Shown here: one piece after another, positions 48,985-57,965 of the stretch
Position numbering within the stretch: the stretch's first letter is position 1
How the letters are laid out: every line of letters starts with the position of its first letter
Source of the DNA: Planctomycetota bacterium
GTDB lineage: Bacteria > Planctomycetota > GCA-002687715 > CAIWVZ01
DNA length: 64,000 bases
Reading direction: 5' to 3'
NCBI GenBank assembly: GCA_044222185.1
Contig: JBGANV010000014.1
Span: 9,361 to 73,360, forward strand
Notes under the pieces: model-generated
What the model saw: only the letters and a program-made list of their open reading frames with translations
What the model was told of the DNA's origin: nothing
Databases searched by the model: none
Position numbers and translations under genes: made by a program

Positions 48985-50298
48985 ATGAAAACGCTCTCCA
49001 CTGCCTGCGTCGGCTTCATCCTTCTCCCGTTGGTCGTCAGCGGCGGATCTCAGGCGCAGTCGTGCGTCTCGACGGACGACGGGTTCGATCTCGGCTGCTG
49101 CACGGTGGCCGCGCCCACGATCCCGCCATTCCCCGCGAAATCGCTCTTCGCCACCTATGGCCGGCTGATCGGCTGCACGCCCAACACGGCGAACGTCGCC
49201 GTGACGCTCAGTCCGCCGTCGTTCCTCCTCTGCGACTTCGCACTCGTGCAGGTGAATGCGACGTTCCTGGGCAGCAACGACACCATCACCGGTACGCTCT
49301 TCGCCAAGTACTCCCGGACGTGGTTGGATTCGACGACCTCCAGCGGGATCACGCAGATCTGGCGACTGCTGGTGAACGGTGATCTCACGTGCACGCCGGG
49401 GTCGGCGACGACGCCCTGTGCGTCCAGTCTTCCATCCTGTTCCTTCGCCTCGCCGGGCTACCCCGTTCACTTCGACGGCCACATCGACTACCAGTGCGAC
49501 CCGAACACCGCCGGCAACTACTTCGTGTCGTTCAGCCTGAATCACTTCCAGGGCTGCATCTCGCACGCACCCTGGTCGTGCAGTCCGCTCAGCGGCATCA
49601 CGGCTCACGATCACGCGAGCTACCACCTGGTCGGACCGGCGCCGTTCACGTTCCTCTCGGGCGCGCCGGCACCGAGTGGCGCGATGTTCGGCGACGCCGT
49701 CCGCGCCTCCCAGCTCCACCTCACGCCCGCACCGGCCGTCTACCAGTGCTACAGCGAAGCGAAGACCGATCCGCTCGTGAGCGGGATGGCGACGAGTTCG
49801 AGCGCCGGGTGCTCGTGCGCGTCGATCAACCCGTGCACGAGCCTGGCGATCCCGTGCTCGTCCACGGGCTGCTACGAGAACGTCTCGCCGCTCGGGCTCG
49901 TGTGCTGTCCGATCCCCGGAACCAACACGTTCACGCCCTTGCCAGTCTCGGGGACACCCGTCGCGGCGACGGGGATGATCGCGCTCAAGCTGGGCTCATG
50001 GAGCGGGCAACCGAACTACCCCTACTCGGCGAACCTCACGATCTACTTCGGAGTGCTCCAGTATCAGGACCCATGCTTCCTCGCGAACTGGAACCTGCAC
50101 GTCGTGACGGGCGTCGGCACGTCGAACGTGGTCTGCATGACCTACAACTCGTCGGCGTCGCCGTGCTCCCTCGCCGGACTCCAGACGCAGGCCGCGATCG
50201 ATCTGCAGAACGTGCTCCCATTGAACAATCCGTCGCTCCCGCCCGGCTACGGCTGCCTGGCAGCATCGGACGTGGTGTGGAACCTGAACGTGTTCTGA
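48985..50298 (+). CDS. Secreted cysteine-rich hypothetical protein
   Basis: GAGG RBS; signal peptide ending SQA-Q; 437 aa with about 24 Cys. Confidence 0.78.
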   Translation: MKTLSTACVGFILLPLVVSGGSQAQSCVSTDDGFDLGCCTVAAPTIPPFPAKSLFATYGRLIGCTPNTANVAVTLSPPSFLLCDFALVQVNATFLGSNDTITGTLFAKYSRTWLDSTTSSGITQIWRLLVNGDLTCTPGSATTPCASSLPSCSFASPGYPVHFDGHIDYQCDPNTAGNYFVSFSLNHFQGCISHAPWSCSPLSGITAHDHASYHLVGPAPFTFLSGAPAPSGAMFGDAVRASQLHLTPAPAVYQCYSEAKTDPLVSGMATSSSAGCSCASINPCTSLAIPCSSTGCYENVSPLGLVCCPIPGTNTFTPLPVSGTPVAATGMIALKLGSWSGQPNYPYSANLTIYFGVLQYQDPCFLANWNLHVVTGVGTSNVVCMTYNSSASPCSLAGLQTQAAIDLQNVLPLNNPSLPPGYGCLAASDVVWNLNVF

Positions 50299-50415
50299 CG
50301 ATCCTGAGCGTCTCGACGAGTTCGCCCGCTGGGGCGGCGGCGCGCCTGTATGATCCCTCCGCGTCAGCCCGGAAGATGTCGCGCGCGCCAGCGCACGACG
50401 CGAGGAGGAACTCAG

Positions 50416-52245
50416 ATGCGGCGACTGCCCCTGATCGTGCTCGTGGTCGTGTCGATCGTCGGTGCGCAGCAGCCCAACTCGATCGGAGGACGACTCGCCT
50501 GGAACGGCGTCGATGGGCCACCGTGGCCGATCGCTGCGCTCGTGAACGGCCAAGGCGGCGCCGTGACGCTCGAGATCGGCGGTTCGACGCAGCAGCCATT
50601 CGCGCTGGTGGTCTCACGCGCGGGGTTGCTGAGTAGCGGGCTCGCGACGCCGCACGGAGTCCTCGACGTGGATCTGGCGACCTTCGAATGGGTCGCGGAT
50701 GGGCTGTCGCCCGCGGGCGGCCCGCTCGACGCGCTCGCCGTGCTCGATCCGTCGGGGCGTCGCGTGTTCGTCGCACCCATCCTGCCGACGAGCAGCACGG
50801 CGCTCGGTGCGTGGCAGGCAGCCGTCGCCGATCCGGCGAGCCCGTTCGGAATGACGCTCACCGCGGCGACCGCGCTCGCGCTCTCTCAACTCCCGGGGAC
50901 GGCGATCTACGTGTCGTCATCGACGGGCTCGCCCTCCAATCCCGGGTCGGCGTCGGCGCCGCTGGCGACGATCACGGCGGGCGTGGCGGCGTCGGTGTCG
51001 CACGGCGTTCCTCATCCGCCCGTGTTCGTGGCGGCGGGAACCTACGTTGAATCGCTCACGATCCCTGCGGGTCTGTCGCTGCATGGCGGATTGGATTCAC
51101 AGGGCTGGCACTACGCGGGCAACGCCACGTCGACCGTTCTGGTCGGTACGTCACCGGCCGTCATCGCGTCCGCAAGCGGAGCTTCGGCGTCGATCACGGG
51201 CATGACGTTCGTCGCGTCGTCACCCTCGCAGGCCGGTGCGTCCTCGATCGCCGTGCGCGTCGTCGGATCGGGCTCGGGCCTGACGTTCGAGAGCTGCCGA
51301 TTCCACGCGGCGAACGCCGCGGCCGGAACGAACGGTGTCGCGGGCGCAGCGGGGGCAGTTGGCGAAGACGGGCACTACGAGCTTTGGTGGAGTTATACGT
51401 CGATCTGGAATCAATCGGCGCTTCTCGGGCAGCCCGGCAACGGAGCGCGGCCGGGTGGCGCCGGCGGCGACGGCGGGCGCGTGAACGGATTTCCGTACGA
51501 CGGGCAGGCGGGACAGACGGCGCCGCTCGGTGGAGGTGCTGGCGGATTCGGAAGCCAGATGATCGGCGGGTTTCCGCCGAACAACGGAGCCTCGGGGCCC
51601 GGCGCGGGACAGCCGGGCGCGGCCGGCGCGCCGGGCGCACATGGCATCGCGTCGAGCGTCGCCGGGCTCGTCGTCAACGGCGCGTGGACCGCGGCGCCGC
51701 CAGCCGGTGATGGTGTGATCGGCGGGCTTGGACTGGGTGGAGGCGGAGGCGGCGGAAGCTGCACCTACGCCGGCATGAATGGCCATTGCGGTGGCGGGGG
51801 CGGTGCTGGCGGAAGTCCTGGTGCCGGTGGCCTCGGTGGCTGGAATGGTGGCGCGTCGATTGCCGTGCTCGTCGTCGATGCGTCGCCCACGTTCCGCGGA
51901 TGCGATCTCGTCGCCGGAACTGGCGGCGTGGGCGGAAGCGGGGGCGCCGGCGGTGCGGGTGGAGCTGGTGGAGTGGGCGGCGGGTCGTTCCTCGGGAGCG
52001 TCGTTCCTCACGGCGCTCACGGCGGTGCGGGCGGGGCTGGCGGACCGGGTGGCGGAGGCGGAGGCGGTGCGGGCGGTCCGAGCTGGTGCATGTTCCGCGC
52101 GGGCGCGAGCCAGCCGGTCGTCTCGTCGTCCGTCATGTTTTCCACGAGCCAGGGCGGAGCGGGCGGTTCGGGCGGAGCGCGGGGCGATGGTTTGACGGTC
52201 GCGCCGAGCGGCGCCGCGGGCGCGTCCGGCGCCCTGGGCCCCTGA
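50416..52245 (+). CDS. Secreted protein: type I domain at the N-terminus, DUF1565/beta-helix segment and Gly-rich (PE-PGRS-like) tail
   Basis: GAGGAGG RBS; signal ending VGA-Q; IYVS...G...NPGS...PLATI...VFVAAGTY; long GGxGGxGG runs. Confidence 0.8.
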   Translation: MRRLPLIVLVVVSIVGAQQPNSIGGRLAWNGVDGPPWPIAALVNGQGGAVTLEIGGSTQQPFALVVSRAGLLSSGLATPHGVLDVDLATFEWVADGLSPAGGPLDALAVLDPSGRRVFVAPILPTSSTALGAWQAAVADPASPFGMTLTAATALALSQLPGTAIYVSSSTGSPSNPGSASAPLATITAGVAASVSHGVPHPPVFVAAGTYVESLTIPAGLSLHGGLDSQGWHYAGNATSTVLVGTSPAVIASASGASASITGMTFVASSPSQAGASSIAVRVVGSGSGLTFESCRFHAANAAAGTNGVAGAAGAVGEDGHYELWWSYTSIWNQSALLGQPGNGARPGGAGGDGGRVNGFPYDGQAGQTAPLGGGAGGFGSQMIGGFPPNNGASGPGAGQPGAAGAPGAHGIASSVAGLVVNGAWTAAPPAGDGVIGGLGLGGGGGGGSCTYAGMNGHCGGGGGAGGSPGAGGLGGWNGGASIAVLVVDASPTFRGCDLVAGTGGVGGSGGAGGAGGAGGVGGGSFLGSVVPHGAHGGAGGAGGPGGGGGGGAGGPSWCMFRAGASQPVVSSSVMFSTSQGGAGGSGGARGDGLTVAPSGAAGASGALGP

Positions 52246-52313
52246 TCTCGAAGAAGAACTGCTCACCTGACACTCCTTCGAATCGGTTCGGAAACGGCGG
52301 CAGATCGTCATCA

Positions 52314-52380
52314 GCCGGACCGGTCGAGACGACCGGCCGTCCTGCCAGAGGCCCGGCGCGTTGCGCGGGCCTTTGGCGCT
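52314..52380 (+). repeat. Dispersed palindromic (REP-like) repeat, copy 1
   Basis: ccggtcgagacgaccggc...tcctgccagaggcccggcgc...gggcctttggcgct; closely matches 55231-55293. Confidence 0.75.
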
Positions 52381-52542
52381 CCGTAATCGCCGCGTCCACC
52401 GCGGCTCCGTGATCGGTGGGTCCGCCGGCGGTCCGTGACCGGCTTGGCCTCGAGCGGTCGGCCGACGAGGGGGCTCTCAGGAACTCGCAGGGGGAACGGA
52501 TCGACTCGCAACCGACGGACGACTACACTTCCGGCCCAAGCC

Positions 52543-53619
52543 ATGATCAAACCCATGCTCAGTCTCGTCGGGCTCGCCGGGCTCGTCCTCGCTCAGGGGC
52601 TCACACCCGCGGCCACGGAACCGGTGACCCGCAGCTACCGGGTCCGCCAGCAGGTGATGCTCACGGAGATTCCCAAGGACTCGAAGGACGTCCGCTGGTG
52701 GATCGCCGTTCCTGACGACGATCGCTACCAGCAGATCCTCGATCTGTCGGTCGTCTCCGCGCCGGGCGAATGGAAATTCGTTCGCGAGGGCGATCACGGC
52801 AACCGGTTCCTCGCCGTGCACATCACGGCGCCGACGACCTCGGCAGCCGAAGTCACCGTCGAGTTCACCGTTCGTCGACGCGCGTCGTTCGTCGACATCG
52901 ACGCAACGCGCGTCGGGATCCTGACGAATGCGCAGCGGCACCTCTTCGCGGAGGAACTCCGGCGTGACGCTCCGCACATGGAGGTCACGCCGACGATCCA
53001 GAAGGTCGCCGACGACGCCTGCGGCAAGGAAGCGAACCTCTACACCCAGTGCCGGACGCTTCTCGAGCGGGTGGCGACCATCGCGGACCACTACTCGAAG
53101 GATCCCACCAAGCCCAAGTGCGGCGTCGGCGACGCCGGCAACTGCCTCGCGAACGGCGGTGGATGCTGCACCGATCTCCATTCGCTCTTCATCGCGTTGG
53201 CTCGTGCCCGCGGCATCCCGGCCCGCCTCCAGATGGGCTATCGCCTGCTCGAGAAGAACGAGGGCAAGGAAGTCGATCCGGGGTATCGCTGCTGGCCCGA
53301 GTACTTCCTCCCCGGCTACGGCTGGGTGGCTGCCGACGTCGTCGAAGCCGACGCCCCCGAAGGCACGGGCCAGGCACGCTGGTACACGGGGCTTTCCGAG
53401 CGGCGGCTCTGGCTCAACGAGGGGCGCGAGTTCGATCTGACTCCTCGCAAGGCGGCGGCGCGCGTCAACACCATGGTCATCGGCTATGCGGAGATCGACG
53501 GCGTGCCCGCGCGCGTCCTGCCCGAGGGCGATCGGCTGCCGCAACTGTCGCGAAAGATCCTGTTCACGTCGATTCCTCCGAGCGGCCCCACGGCGCTGTC
53601 GTCATCGAACGTGAAGTGA
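52543..53619 (+). CDS. Exported transglutaminase-like domain protein
   Basis: GCCTDLHSLFIALARARGIPARLQMG, CW.EY.LPGYGWVAAD and D.HGNR; signal peptide ending VLA-Q. Confidence 0.88.
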   Translation: MIKPMLSLVGLAGLVLAQGLTPAATEPVTRSYRVRQQVMLTEIPKDSKDVRWWIAVPDDDRYQQILDLSVVSAPGEWKFVREGDHGNRFLAVHITAPTTSAAEVTVEFTVRRRASFVDIDATRVGILTNAQRHLFAEELRRDAPHMEVTPTIQKVADDACGKEANLYTQCRTLLERVATIADHYSKDPTKPKCGVGDAGNCLANGGGCCTDLHSLFIALARARGIPARLQMGYRLLEKNEGKEVDPGYRCWPEYFLPGYGWVAADVVEADAPEGTGQARWYTGLSERRLWLNEGREFDLTPRKAAARVNTMVIGYAEIDGVPARVLPEGDRLPQLSRKILFTSIPPSGPTALSSSNVK

Positions 53620-53675
53620 TCGCAGGGCATCGCGGCCGCGCGGCGACGGCCGTTCGAGATCGGATGGAGAAGGGA

Positions 53676-55085
53676 ATGATGCGTACGACGATCGTGCTCT
53701 GCGTGATCTCGGCGGCACTGCTCGCCCAGAACGACCCGGCCCTCGAATCGCGGATCGCGGACCTGGAAGCCCGCAACCGCGAGATCCTCGATCGACTGAG
53801 CCGTGCCGAGGCGCGCAACGCAGCGCTCACCGACGAGCTGCGCGAAGTCAAGGATGCCGAAGCGGATGCCGCCGTCGATCGCATGGTGGCCACGTGCGTC
53901 GCGCGCACGGCGGACAACCTCACGTTCAAGGATCTGGTGCGTTCCGGGAACCGGCTGAAGTTCTACGGCCACCTCGCGCTTCACGCCTATTACGACTCGG
54001 CCCGCCTCGACCAGGCCGTCAACCCGTTGTTCGTCGTCCCGGAGAACGGTGTCGCCGCCCACGGCAACGACGATCAGTTCGCCTACGACGCGCGCCTCAC
54101 GCGCTTCGGATTCGACGTCGACGCCGGAAAGATCGGCGACGCGAACGTCACCGGAAGGCTGGAGACCGACTTCTCCAACTTCCCGGCGGGCATCTCCGAG
54201 TCACGCGAGACTCCGCGCATTCGCCTCGCGTACCTCGACCTGGACTTCGGCGCTCTGGGGTTGCGATTCGGTCAGGACTGGGACGTCGCTTCGCCGCTCA
54301 ATCCATCCGTCGACGCGCAGAACGTGCTCTGGAATACGGGCAACCTGGGAGATCGGCGCCCGCAGATCCAGGCGCGTTTGAAGGAAGGTGATCCGAAGGA
54401 GTTCGCCTGGGACGCGAAACTCGCGCTCGGGCTCGGTGGCGCGATCGACAATCGCGACCTCGATCCTGCGGTGTCGGGAGTCTCGACCGAGCGCGATGGG
54501 TTCGACGTGGGCCACCCCAACGTCGAAGCGCGCGTGGGCATGACGACGGCGTCCTGGGTCGACGGCAAGTCGATCTCCGCAGGCGTGTGGGGCTACTTCG
54601 CGGGAATCGAAACGGACACGGCGTTCGATGGGCGCCACACATTCCACGCCTGGGCGACCGGAGCCGACCTCTCGCTGCCGATTGCGGGCGCGCTTTCGTT
54701 CGCCGGCGAGATCTGGATCGGCTCGGCGCTCGGCGACATTCGTGGATCCATGGGCCAGACGATCACCACCTCGGGCCCCAATGCCGGCGACGAAGTGGAT
54801 GCCGTGGGTGGCTGGGGCGAGTTGAAGCTGGCCGCGACGGACGCACTCACGGTTCACGCGGGTGCGGCGATCGACAATCCCAGCGATGGAGACGTCGCCG
54901 AGAACGCGGCCAACTTCGCATCGGACGGCAAGAGCCTGAACTGGACGGTCTACGCCGGCCTGATCTACGACTTCGGCGGCGGGCTGAAGATGGGGTTCGA
55001 CACCCTCTATCGCGAGACCCAATACGCCGAATCAGGCCTCGGCAACGGTATCCGGCTCGACTTCTGGACGATGCTGACGTTCTGA
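53676..55085 (+). CDS. Outer-membrane porin (DcaP-like) with N-terminal coiled coil
   Basis: Signal peptide, coiled coil, LKFYG, DARLTRFG, GRLETDF, RIRLAY, FGQDW and RRPQI motifs, alternating beta-strands and C-terminal Phe. Confidence 0.82.
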   Translation: MMRTTIVLCVISAALLAQNDPALESRIADLEARNREILDRLSRAEARNAALTDELREVKDAEADAAVDRMVATCVARTADNLTFKDLVRSGNRLKFYGHLALHAYYDSARLDQAVNPLFVVPENGVAAHGNDDQFAYDARLTRFGFDVDAGKIGDANVTGRLETDFSNFPAGISESRETPRIRLAYLDLDFGALGLRFGQDWDVASPLNPSVDAQNVLWNTGNLGDRRPQIQARLKEGDPKEFAWDAKLALGLGGAIDNRDLDPAVSGVSTERDGFDVGHPNVEARVGMTTASWVDGKSISAGVWGYFAGIETDTAFDGRHTFHAWATGADLSLPIAGALSFAGEIWIGSALGDIRGSMGQTITTSGPNAGDEVDAVGGWGELKLAATDALTVHAGAAIDNPSDGDVAENAANFASDGKSLNWTVYAGLIYDFGGGLKMGFDTLYRETQYAESGLGNGIRLDFWTMLTF

Positions 55086-55127
55086 TCGCGAGACGCCTGC
55101 GACTCGATTCCGGACGATCGTGCGCCG

Positions 55128-55476
55128 GCGGGCGTGGCCTTCGAAGATCAAACCGACGTAGCGGACGCGCGACGGCCGCCGGCATCGGCATGATCATCGA
55201 ACGTGACGCGGCGCATCGAAGTCGGGCGGCCCGGTCGAGACGACCGGCGATCCTGCCAGAGGCCCGGCGCCGAGCGCCGGGACCTCTGGCGCTCCTCGCG
55301 CGGGGACGGCGAACTCGCGGGGGCGCCGCGGGCGCGAGCCCGCTGCGGAGCGCCGCACGACCGCTCGCGAAACGAGCGCGCGTGCGGCCGGATCGCCGGT
55401 CGTCTCGACCGGTCCGGCGTGCATGAGTTCGCGGGCGTGGCCTTCGAAGATCAAACCGACGTAGCGGACGCGCGAC
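55128..55476. repeat. Composite intergenic repeat: perfect 46-bp direct repeats (55128-55173, 55431-55476) enclosing perfect 22-bp inverted repeats (55231-55252, 55391-55412)
   Basis: DR gcgggcgtggccttcgaagatcaaaccgacgtagcggacgcgcgac occurs twice; IR is ccggtcgagacgaccggcgatc / gatcgccggtcgtctcgaccgg. Confidence 0.88.
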
Positions 55477-55650
55477 TCGCTGCATCGGACCACCGTCGCG
55501 AAGCCGTTCCCTACCGCGCATGGAAGTCGCGGCGACGCACAGGCGTATTCCACGAGCCTTCGCGCACATCGCCGCACGACCAGGGATTCGCGTCCGCCTC
55601 CCGTGCGCCGCGCCGCCACGCGCTCCGGTCCGTGTAAGATCCCCGCCGGC

Positions 55651-57873
55651 ATGGGGCGGTACTTCATCAGCTACAGCGGGGCGGACGAGAAGTGGGCTCG
55701 CTGGATCGCCGAGCAGATCCGGTCGTTTGGTCACGAGACGGTCGTCCAGGCGGAGGACTGCGGCGCGGGGTCGAACTTCGTCGTCGACATCGATGAAGCG
55801 TTACGCGGGATGACGGGGCTCGTGTCGCTGCTCTCACCGGCCTACATCAAGTCCAGGTGGTGTCGCGAGGAGTGGGCGCGCATTCTCAAGGCCCGCGTCG
55901 ACGGGAAGAAGCTCGACTGGGTTCTGCTCCGTGTTGCGCACGTCGACCCGCCAGGACTGCTCGACGGGATCGTCTACCTGGACCTCGTGGGCCAGACGAA
56001 GTCGGACGCGACCGAGAGCCTGCGTGCCCACTTTGCACCGGCCGCGACCGCGGCGCGTGGGGGCGCGTTCCCAGGCACCGCACGATTCCCCGGAGGATCG
56101 CCGCTCCATGGCGTCCCACGACCGACGGACACGTTCGTCGGTCGCGAGGCCGAGGTCGCCGAGCTGCGCCGATGCCTCACGCGCACCGGCGGAGCCGTGT
56201 CGGTGGCGGCGGCCCTGGATGGCCTCGCCGGCGTCGGCAAGACCGAGCTTGCAGCCTACGCCGCATTCGCGTTTGCCGCAGAAGACCTCTTTCCCGGCGG
56301 GATCTTCTGGCTCAGCGCCGAGAACCCGGACCTGCGCGGGCACTGGGGCGGTTTCATCGGCGATCACCTGAAGGCCGTCGGCGACACGCTCGATGCGCGC
56401 GCCTCCGATGCCATCCGACGAATCAATGGACAGTCGGCGCGCACGCTCGTCATCCTCGACAACGTGGCGAGTTGGGAGCGCGACAAGCGACCCTCACCAC
56501 TGCCGGAAGGTGCGCACGTCGCCATCCTGGCGACGACCCGCCGTTCGCGGCTCTCCTCCACGTTCCACCACGTGGGGTTGAAGGTCCTCCCGCGGCACGC
56601 CGCCGAGCAGCTCGTCCTCGCCGTTGCCGACCGCGAACTTTCATCGGCACCCGGATTCTCGGACCTCATGCAGCATCTCGACGGCCACGCCCTCGCGTGT
56701 GAGCTCGCGGGAGCGACGCTGCGCGAGTTCCCCGAGCTCACCCCGCGAACGTACCTGGAGCACCTCCATTCAGGCCGCGATCCTGCGGGCGCCGTCGCCG
56801 GCACGACGAACTACGAGCGGACGGTCAAGCAGGCGTTCGACACGCTCTGGGCGCGAGTCGACGATGCAACACAGGACGCGTGGCTGCTCGCCGCGTGCTT
56901 CGCGCCCGAGCCCGTTGATCCCGCGTTCTCCGACACGGTCGGTCTGGACGCAGCCGCGCGCCATTCCCTCCGGCGCTTCCACCTCATCGACGACCTGGGT
57001 GATGGCGTGTGGAAGATGCACCGGCTGACGGCGGCATTCGCGTCGGCCGTCGATGCTGCACGCGCGGAAGCCGTCGCCGCAAGGTTCATCGACGGGATCG
57101 CAAAGGAGGCGAAGAAGATCGACCAATCGTTGGGCTTCCGCATCTACCTCGCCTCGCGCCCCCACTTCGACGAAGCGATCGGGCGCGGTCGGAAGCTGAC
57201 ACCGCGCCCCTCCTGCATGTCATCCATCGAGACCTACCTCGGCCGTGCTCATTGCAGCCTCGGTTTTTTTGAGTCCGCCAGGGATCTTTACCAGGCCGCC
57301 CTGGATGCCGATCTACGGAACCATGGTCCCGACTCGCCGGCTGTCGCCATCCGGCGCTCGAACCTCGCCACGGTGCTCCAGGACCTCGGTGACCCGGCCA
57401 GCGCGAAGACGCATCTCGAGGCCGCGCTCGCCTCGGACCTGCGCACCTTCGGGGCGGAGCACCCGAAGGTCGCCATCCGGCGCTCGAACCTCGCCCTGGT
57501 GCTCAAGGACCTCGGTGACCTGGCGGGCGCGAAGACGCATCTCGAGGCTGCGCTCGCCTCGGACCTGCGCACTTTCGGCGAAAACCACCCGGAGGTGGCG
57601 ACGGACCGCTCGAACCTCGCCCTGGTGCTCCAGGACCTCGGTGACCTGGCGGGTGCGAAGGCGCATCTTGAGGCTGCGCTTGCCTCGGGCCTGCGCACCT
57701 TCGGGGAGGACCACCCGAAGGTCGCCATCCGGCGCTCGAACCTCGCCGCGGTCGTCAGCGAACTCGCAAAGAGGTCCGAAGAGACCACCGCCGTCGCCGA
57801 GACGGCCGCCGTTAGCGACACTCTCCGGCATCGCATCCAGCGCTTCCTCAAGCGCGCGTTTCGCCGCCGTTGA
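55651..57873 (+). CDS. TIR - NB-ARC (STAND NTPase) - TPR protein (NLR-like)
   Basis: TIR FISYS..D..WARWIA...SRWCREEW; FVGRE, Walker A GLAGVGKT, Walker B LVILDNV, TTR and MHRL (MHD-like); 42-aa TPRs. TAAGAT -10 box at 55635-55640. Confidence 0.9.
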   Translation: MGRYFISYSGADEKWARWIAEQIRSFGHETVVQAEDCGAGSNFVVDIDEALRGMTGLVSLLSPAYIKSRWCREEWARILKARVDGKKLDWVLLRVAHVDPPGLLDGIVYLDLVGQTKSDATESLRAHFAPAATAARGGAFPGTARFPGGSPLHGVPRPTDTFVGREAEVAELRRCLTRTGGAVSVAAALDGLAGVGKTELAAYAAFAFAAEDLFPGGIFWLSAENPDLRGHWGGFIGDHLKAVGDTLDARASDAIRRINGQSARTLVILDNVASWERDKRPSPLPEGAHVAILATTRRSRLSSTFHHVGLKVLPRHAAEQLVLAVADRELSSAPGFSDLMQHLDGHALACELAGATLREFPELTPRTYLEHLHSGRDPAGAVAGTTNYERTVKQAFDTLWARVDDATQDAWLLAACFAPEPVDPAFSDTVGLDAAARHSLRRFHLIDDLGDGVWKMHRLTAAFASAVDAARAEAVAARFIDGIAKEAKKIDQSLGFRIYLASRPHFDEAIGRGRKLTPRPSCMSSIETYLGRAHCSLGFFESARDLYQAALDADLRNHGPDSPAVAIRRSNLATVLQDLGDPASAKTHLEAALASDLRTFGAEHPKVAIRRSNLALVLKDLGDLAGAKTHLEAALASDLRTFGENHPEVATDRSNLALVLQDLGDLAGAKAHLEAALASGLRTFGEDHPKVAIRRSNLAAVVSELAKRSEETTAVAETAAVSDTLRHRIQRFLKRAFRRR
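57343..57747 (+). repeat. Near-identical 126-bp tandem repeats encoding kinesin-light-chain-type TPRs
   Basis: gtcgccatccggcgctcgaacctcgcc occurs at 57343, 57469 and 57721, with a variant at 57595. Confidence 0.9.
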
Positions 57874-57904
57874 CGCCAGCGCGTCGTCGACCCCGTAAAA
57901 GAGA

Positions 57905-57957
57905 GCACCCTGACGACCTTGCGGCTGTCAGGGTGCGTGATGACCCCCGAACGGGGG
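57905..57957. terminator. Twin hairpins between convergent genes (possible bidirectional terminator)
   Basis: gcaccctgac/gtcagggtgc 10-bp stem plus a cccccg/cggggg stem; no clear U-tract. Confidence 0.4.
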
Positions 57958-57965
57958 CGCCTCGA

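Noticed and set aside
51300-52245. Mycobacterial PE-PGRS or collagen assignment
   Set aside because: No PE domain, and the Gly runs are GGx-type rather than a sustained Gly-X-Y collagen pattern.
52470-52500. ctctcagg resembling a glycine riboswitch fragment
   Set aside because: The other conserved elements (GGAGA, CCGAAG) and the tandem aptamer are absent.
55128-55476. Possible CRISPR array
   Set aside because: Only two 46-bp repeats with a 257-bp structured spacer, and no cas genes.
57343-57747. Tandem DNA repeats as CRISPR or non-coding satellite
   Set aside because: The in-frame 126-bp period encodes TPRs and there are no unique spacers.
57905-57936. ccctgac/tgtcaggg resemblance to the IS terminal repeat (IS scar)
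   Set aside because: The match is only about 9 bp and is adequately explained as a hairpin between convergent genes.
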